A DNA stretch of 64,000 nucleotides from a virus (lineage: Duplodnaviria; Heunggongvirae; Uroviricota; Caudoviricetes): IMG/VR virus record IMGVR_UViG_3300035210_000190; one strand, 5' to 3'. The translations under genes were made by a program, and so were the position numbers. The notes below the pieces were generated by a model. That model saw only the letters and a program-made list of their open reading frames with translations. It had not been told where the DNA came from and did no database searches. Positions 58,983 through 64,000 of this stretch are shown piece by piece (positions within the stretch are counted from its first letter, which is position 1; every line of letters begins with the position of its first letter).

Positions 58983-59247
58983 AATTAAACGTTGCACAAT
59001 GTTCTTGAATGGCTTAAAATAGCCTAACTTTAATCAGATGAGGATTAACAGAGATTTTCGTAGGTTGGCATCCTGCGGATTCAGGCAGAACCTAAGACCT
59101 TTGGTAAACCAATAAATCCAAAGTAGGGGCTTCGATAAAGAGATTAGAAGTCGCTTGAAATAGATTGCTAGGTATTTATATTTTAAAATAGAGAATATAT
59201 AATTGAGGATACTGGGTGGTTTAGACGGGTTCTAAGCCACCAACCAC

Positions 59248-59324
59248 GGGACTTTAGCTCAGTTGGTTAGAGCATCCGACTCATAATCGGCAGGTCACAG
59301 GTTCAAGTCCTGTAAGTCCCACCA
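59248..59324 (+). tRNA. tRNA with CAU anticodon (Met, or Ile2 if lysidinylated), CCA encoded
   Basis: GGGACTT acceptor, D-arm GCTCAGTTGGTTAGAGC, anticodon loop CTCATAA, T-arm CAGGTTCAAGTCCTG. Confidence 0.85.
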
Positions 59325-59436
59325 GATTGAAAATAACATTAACCACTAGATAATATAATCGAGTGCCCGAGGTGAACTACCGATGCAGCTATAACCTTAA
59401 ACTAAATCAGAGAATTTAATTAAGATGATATGAAAA

Positions 59437-59460
59437 CCCCGTTGATACGGGGTTTTTTGT
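59437..59460 (+). terminator. rho-independent terminator closing tRNA transcription unit
   Basis: CCCCGttgataCGGGG + T6. Confidence 0.7.
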
Positions 59461-59532
59461 TTATAAAATATACAGCTTTACATTAATTGCTTTTTTTGTT
59501 ATCATAATACCATTCAAAAAAGGAATCTTTCT

Positions 59533-59862
59533 ATGACTAATAATGTTGAATTGTCGTCTCGGTATCAAACATTTGTAGACCGTGCAGTAGGCAATTTTCC
59601 AGATTATGAGAAAAATCTGAAAGGTGATGGTTCTTTTCAATATTCTGACCAAGTAGTTGAACTTCTTCAACTGTCTAATAAAATGAATGGAAACTTGTTG
59701 GTTTATTTGTTTGGTAAACAACTTGGAGAGCATTTAGCTGAAAAATTTGTGATTGAGTGCCGTCGAAACTTGCTTGAATTCTTCAATTGTATTGACAGTC
59801 AGTATCGGTTTTTTATCTTGCACGAACTTAAAAACGACAAAAATTTGTTTGCTTATTGCTAA
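59533..59862 (+). CDS. hypothetical protein
   Basis: RBS AAGGAA. Confidence 0.6.
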   Translation: MTNNVELSSRYQTFVDRAVGNFPDYEKNLKGDGSFQYSDQVVELLQLSNKMNGNLLVYLFGKQLGEHLAEKFVIECRRNLLEFFNCIDSQYRFFILHELKNDKNLFAYC

Positions 59863-59894
59863 GTCTAGTCAACCATTTAAAGAGGCTATATTCC

Positions 59895-60071
59895 ATGCAT
59901 GAAGAAATCCGTAAGACTTATTACCGTAAGCGTGCTGATGGCAGTATGGGTTATGCTGAAATCAGTAGTTACAGCTATCCCGATCAGGATCGTTTCCTTC
60001 AAGCCTGTTATTTTTTTGAGGCTGATGGTTATTACGAATACTTTGAAGACGCTCAAGACGCCAATGATTAA
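59895..60071 (+). CDS. small acidic Tyr-rich protein
   Basis: RBS AAGAGG. Confidence 0.5.
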   Translation: MHEEIRKTYYRKRADGSMGYAEISSYSYPDQDRFLQACYFFEADGYYEYFEDAQDAND

Positions 60072-60172
60072 TCTGTTTTTTGTTGTTATTAAGCCGCCAT
60101 TTTGGCGGTTTTTTATTGCCCATCCTTTTGTTTTTTGATATAATAGGTCATCAATCAAATGACAGGTTTATC

Positions 60173-60643
60173 ATGATTTCTATCGAACTTTATCCTAATC
60201 CAGCCGAAAACCCAGAAATTGTAAAACTGGTGTTTCAATGCATGCGGAATAAATACACTGCAGATTCAGACCCTGCTGGATTGACCTTTAAAGAAGTTCG
60301 GTCGATTATCACCACTCACCCTGTTACTGTCATCAAAGACGGTGATAGAATTGTTGGGGTTGTTAATGTCAATGAAGTTCACTTTTCGCTTAGAAAAAGA
60401 TTGGGTTTAGAGCATGAATATTTCAATCTTGGCATGATTTATATTGCGAAAAAAGAACGTGGTAATGGCTATGCCAGTCAGGTGGTTGAACATTTCCTTA
60501 AAATTCACAAAAACCTTATTTACATTGTTCATGAAAGTAATAAGGCCAGCAATAAAATTGCCGTAAAATATTTCAAGTTCTTTAAACAGCAAGGCTCTTT
60601 CAGAGCGACTGAACCCTATAATGTTTACAAGATAGAACAATAA
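60173..60643 (+). CDS. GNAT-family N-acetyltransferase
   Basis: motif A RGNGYASQ in IYIAKKERGNGYASQVVEHF. Confidence 0.5.
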   Translation: MISIELYPNPAENPEIVKLVFQCMRNKYTADSDPAGLTFKEVRSIITTHPVTVIKDGDRIVGVVNVNEVHFSLRKRLGLEHEYFNLGMIYIAKKERGNGYASQVVEHFLKIHKNLIYIVHESNKASNKIAVKYFKFFKQQGSFRATEPYNVYKIEQ

Positions 60644-60745
60644 CCTGTAAAAAACAGCAAACAATAATCCGGCCTAGTTGTCGGATTTTTTGCTTTAGTT
60701 TGAGCACATATGCTATAATCTAAGAATAATTTTAGAGGTGTTATC

Positions 60746-61354
60746 ATGAGCGATCTCATTATTCCTGACCATGTATTGGCGTCAGCCGAATCTTTTTTAG
60801 AAAAAGAAGCCTTTTTCTTTCAGGATCGTGTGAGTGCTGTATTTAAGCCGATGAGAATGGCTTATGATGATGTTGGCTGTTATTGTGTCATTACTATGCA
60901 GAATGGTGATGAGCGATTTTTTGATAGTTATCCGGCACTTAATAAAGTTGTTCGAAATAGAGTGCCAATTTCTATAAAAGAAGGAAAAAAAAGAATTCCT
61001 TATGCTATTGATTTGAACACCATCAATAGTTCAATAAAACTGAATCATAGAAACCTTTACCGTAATAATTTGTGGTTTGAATTTACTGGCAATGATTTAA
61101 ATAAGGTAATACTCAATCAATCTATTACACCAGATGGTTCAGAGGATGTTATTTACTTGTTATATTCTGATGCATTGCATCGTCAATTTAATTTAAATGA
61201 TAGCAATAGTGCTGCTTTTTATGTTTTCAATCATTTAATGACGCACACTCATTTGAAAGAGATTTTGCCAGAAGAAGATTACTTTTCTCAGTTTAAACAT
61301 TTTTTAAAGAGTGACATTGCTCATGTTGAACTCTTGAAAATGTATTCAATATAA
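60746..61354 (+). CDS. hypothetical protein
   Basis: promoter TGCTATAAT; RBS AGAGGTG. Confidence 0.6.
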   Translation: MSDLIIPDHVLASAESFLEKEAFFFQDRVSAVFKPMRMAYDDVGCYCVITMQNGDERFFDSYPALNKVVRNRVPISIKEGKKRIPYAIDLNTINSSIKLNHRNLYRNNLWFEFTGNDLNKVILNQSITPDGSEDVIYLLYSDALHRQFNLNDSNSAAFYVFNHLMTHTHLKEILPEEDYFSQFKHFLKSDIAHVELLKMYSI

Positions 61355-61433
61355 TCTTATATTCGTTGAAAAAACAATAAAAAAGTGATAAAATACACCC
61401 TTAGAAAATCCATCTATTACATTTGAGGTTATC

Positions 61434-61778
61434 ATGGTCGAAATTACAGTATCTCCGTCTGACATGGTTTTTGTTAATGATGCAGCCAATGAGTTGGAAG
61501 CTACTTTTTCTGATCTGTCTGGTCGATTGGTCGAAGATAAGCCCGGTGATTTTAAAGTAGCTTGCTTTCAAGTTGCTTATGAAATCCATGTAAAACTGGG
61601 AACCAACCAGTTTGCTGTTTATAAACTCTTGCGTGATCGTATTTTGCATAGTTCTATGTCTGATGTTATTGAGGAATATAATATCTTGAACAGTGTTTAT
61701 ATTCTGGGTATTAAAGAAGCATCTGAGCGATTTAACAACATCTTGGCCGATTTCAAGAGTAAACGTGAGATAGCTTGA
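61434..61778 (+). CDS. hypothetical protein
   Basis: RBS GAGGT. Confidence 0.6.
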   Translation: MVEITVSPSDMVFVNDAANELEATFSDLSGRLVEDKPGDFKVACFQVAYEIHVKLGTNQFAVYKLLRDRILHSSMSDVIEEYNILNSVYILGIKEASERFNNILADFKSKREIA

Positions 61779-61829
61779 TTTAAAAATGTCTTTTATGGTA
61801 TAATTAAACTCTACTAATGGAGATCTATC

Positions 61830-62018
61830 ATGAAGTTCACACCAAATTCTCAAATTTATGTCAATGGTCTTGGTGCATGGTTTCGCATTATTGACCAAAC
61901 TGATGAAAAAGTTCGGCTGGTGGACTGTGAAGGTCATTCAAAGTGGGAATCCAAAGCAGAAATCGAATCGTGGATGAATAAAAATGAACCTTCTCTTTGC
62001 ACGGATGGTGACCTCTAA
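61830..62018 (+). CDS. hypothetical protein
   Basis: RBS GGAGA. Confidence 0.55.
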   Translation: MKFTPNSQIYVNGLGAWFRIIDQTDEKVRLVDCEGHSKWESKAEIESWMNKNEPSLCTDGDL

Positions 62019-62155
62019 TGTGCAAGCCTTTTGAGTGGTTCTCAGTTGAAGCTTTTCCATTATGGCTTGTTGGCTCTTTCGGCTTGTGTATGATTCTTTT
62101 CATGGTGGCTTCGATGATTGAATATCATGTTAAATATGAACGAGTGGCGGGTTAA
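62018..62155 (+). CDS. 45-aa membrane peptide, translationally coupled (TAATG)
   Basis: stop-start overlap; single TM helix. Confidence 0.4.
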   Translation: MCKPFEWFSVEAFPLWLVGSFGLCMILFMVASMIEYHVKYERVAG

Positions 62156-62267
62156 GTTGTTTTGAAGTTTTTTGAAAAAAAATGATTGACCGATAAACCG
62201 CTTCTTGATATACTTATCCCATCAAAACGAAACAACACAAACAAACTAATAGGTTAGGAGATACAAA

Positions 62268-62402
62268 ATGCAAGGCTCTTTCGGTGACGCACAAGAACGT
62301 TTTCGTGGTGGCAAGAAAAAAGACAACGAACAAGCGAAGTATCACAAAAAAGATAGCGAGTTTCGGAAGCGTCGCCGGAATCGCCATCAAGACGCAGAGT
62401 AA
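62268..62402 (+). CDS. 44-aa basic peptide, copy 3 of 3
   Basis: MQGSFGDAQERFRGGKKKDNEQAKYHKKDSEFRKRRRNRHQDAE; RBS AGGAGA. Confidence 0.6.
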   Translation: MQGSFGDAQERFRGGKKKDNEQAKYHKKDSEFRKRRRNRHQDAE

Positions 62403-62515
62403 AATCCTGTAAAAAAGGCATCCGAGAGGGTGCCTTTTTTGTTTCCATTATAAAAATAGATTGCTTTGAAATCTGTTTTTTGTTATACTGTCACATCAAT
62501 TAAAAAAGGTGACAT

Positions 62516-62899
62516 ATGAAAAATGTTATTGTCTTTAAAGAGAGTTTTGGAAACGACATCCATCGAGTTTATCAATTAGACAGTAAACAGTCGTTCTATG
62601 ATTCTCTTACCGAGGAAGGTAAGGGCTTTTCGGTAGCCACCACAAATCAATATCCTCACTTATTTACGTTCTTTGATACCGTTGCAGACGCAGAAATGTA
62701 CATCAAAGAAAAACATGCTGGTGTGGTTGTTGACAAGTCAGAAGCTGATGTGTTTTGCCCTAAATGCAATCGCGGGTATATGGCGTGTGACCATTCAGAT
62801 TTAGAAGTCTTTTGGTCGTATAAAAAAACGTGTGCCTGCGACCACACATTCAAAATTGAAGGTCGCCAAATCATCTTGTATAACGTAGTGTCAGATTAG
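62516..62899 (+). CDS. hypothetical Cys-containing protein
   Basis: MotA-box-like GATTGCTTTG 22 nt upstream of TATACT; CPKC...C.C.H. Confidence 0.6.
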   Translation: MKNVIVFKESFGNDIHRVYQLDSKQSFYDSLTEEGKGFSVATTNQYPHLFTFFDTVADAEMYIKEKHAGVVVDKSEADVFCPKCNRGYMACDHSDLEVFWSYKKTCACDHTFKIEGRQIILYNVVSD

Positions 62900-62924
62900 T
62901 TTCATTAAAACAGGAGGACTGAAT

Positions 62925-63278
62925 ATGACTAAGAAAAAAGTAAAAGAAATCGAAGTCGATGAAAAATCACCAGATTTTATTGCCTTTGTGAAGCAGTTTA
63001 ACTACCGAATGAGCAAGGATAAGAAATATTTCTACATGAAAGTTACCAGTTCTTCCATTGCTGATGAAGCTGTTGCGAAACCGCCACATTATGAAATCAC
63101 GCTGGTTTTGTTTCCTGATAGTTCGTTGGCGAAGTTTTTGGAAATTGCTGAAGAAATTTATAACAAAGGTCAGGCTTGTATAGATGAAGTTCAAGACTAC
63201 TATGATACTCACTATCCAGAGTACAACTTTACTATTAAGTTTGTTGACTTGTATCGAATTTATTTAAAGCACATTTAA
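62925..63278 (+). CDS. hypothetical protein
   Basis: RBS AGGAGG. Confidence 0.6.
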   Translation: MTKKKVKEIEVDEKSPDFIAFVKQFNYRMSKDKKYFYMKVTSSSIADEAVAKPPHYEITLVLFPDSSLAKFLEIAEEIYNKGQACIDEVQDYYDTHYPEYNFTIKFVDLYRIYLKHI

Positions 63279-63324
63279 AAAACTGTTTTTTGTTAAATCC
63301 ATTGTAAGTGGCTCAGTATTTTGC

Positions 63325-63625
63325 TATACTGCAGTCACTTAACTAAAACGAGTAAAAGCCTTCTGGGTGTATTCTTCTATTCATGTCCACATGACCAACG
63401 AAGATGGCTTGATTATTGGTTTTGTTGAGCGTAAGCCAGTTCCTCAAAACATCTAAAATTTGTTGACATTTCAAGCTTCTTGTTATATTATTAGCGTCCT
63501 CCTCGGGCTTTAGTAGGTGATGTTGACCTCGCAACAATTCCAGCGGGCATACAGTGGAATCGAAACGCTGTATACACCCAAAGGGAAGCAATAACAAAAA
63601 GAGATCTTCGGATCTCTTTTTTGTT
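63325..63625 (+). ncRNA. candidate non-coding RNA: promoter (TTGCTATACT) to terminator with no + strand ORF; 5'/3' long-range complementarity
   Basis: 63361-63373 CTTCTGGGTGTAT pairs with 63565-63581 ATACACCCAAAGGGAAG; terminator GAGATCttcgGATCTC+T6 at 63600-63625; only minus ORF starts with TTG inside terminator. Confidence 0.4.
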
Positions 63626-63685
63626 GTCTAAAATTCTTAATTTTGTTATACTGTGTATCTATCTTAATGACCTATTCGGTGATTT

Positions 63686-63892
63686 ATGAAAATTCTTCAG
63701 GCAATCAAAAGTTTCTTCATTGAACTTAATCGTGTTTCCACCTACAACATCGCTTACGAAGCTTTGGAGCGTATCAAGAATTACAAAGAAATCATGGCGA
63801 ATGGCACACCAGAAGAAAAGAAAGCCGCTCGCTTGAAAAAGCGGGTTGAAACCAAGGCACGACTCAAATGTTATCGTAATATGAGTGCTTAA
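63686..63892 (+). CDS. hypothetical basic protein
   Basis: promoter TGTTATACT; ORF. Confidence 0.55.
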   Translation: MKILQAIKSFFIELNRVSTYNIAYEALERIKNYKEIMANGTPEEKKAARLKKRVETKARLKCYRNMSA

Positions 63893-63967
63893 ATTTAAAA
63901 AACATTGATAATGTGTTCATTTTTTGATATAATGGACACCTTCCCGAACAGAATAAGGTAACATAAA

Positions 63968-64000
63968 ATGAAAGAAGTATGCAAAGAAGATGGCGTAATG
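63968..64000 (+). CDS. 5' end of a gene truncated by window edge
   Basis: promoter TGATATAAT at 63925; RBS AAGGTAA. Confidence 0.4.
   Translation, partial: MKEVCKEDGVM

Noticed and set aside
59335-59365. Sequence resembling the 5' end of tRNA-Leu downstream of tRNA-Met
   Set aside because: Only ~12 nt of similarity, with no T-arm or acceptor partner. Noted as a possible recombination scar but not callable.
63343-63597. 84-aa minus-strand ORF in the ORF-free transcription unit
   Set aside because: It starts with TTG inside the plus-strand terminator hairpin, with no minus-strand promoter or RBS.
1-64000. CRISPR arrays, reverse transcriptase/retron, integrase or att sites
   Set aside because: No regularly spaced direct repeats, no RT motifs (YxDD) and no tyrosine/serine recombinase were seen. 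Tandem repeats found are gene duplications or short motifs (for example ATACAGGGGA x2 at 50352).

Overview
This window reads as the early or accessory ('hyperplastic') region of a large virulent, AT-rich phage of a Gram-negative host, with T-even-like architecture. Evidence for that: about 110 short genes, almost all on the + strand, each carrying its own extended -10 sigma70-like promoter (TGnTATAAT) and a strong RBS (some promoters are preceded by MotA-box-like TTGCTTA at -30), and many separated by rho-independent terminators; tRNA genes; two Rnl1-type RNA ligases; free-standing HNH endonucleases; a Nudix hydrolase. Recognisable functions are an oligoribonuclease (Orn) homolog, a 2H phosphoesterase (possible Acb1-like cyclic-nucleotide phosphodiesterase), two tandem-ish Rnl1 RNA ligases, a Nudix hydrolase, a GNAT acetyltransferase, two HNH endonucleases, an SPFH lipoprotein, and a tnpB-only IS200/IS605-family insertion with terminal hairpins. 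Most other ORFs have no recognisable function but fall into many paralog families: a tandem triplet of 415-aa proteins, a four-member 210-220 aa family, several tandem pairs, three copies of a 44-aa basic peptide, and a family of Cys-repeat secreted proteins. The secreted-protein genes sit on the minus strand in very AT-rich moron-like islands. Non-coding signals are numerous: two canonical tRNAs (Leu-UAA, Met/Ile-CAU), two tRNA-like genes with apparent 6-nt anticodon loops, a GC-rich structured ORF-free transcript, an ORF-free promoter-to-terminator unit, repeated leader hairpins and palindromic operator-like promoters. No CRISPR array or reverse transcriptase was seen. All calls are by eye from the sequence and need homology or structure searches to confirm.
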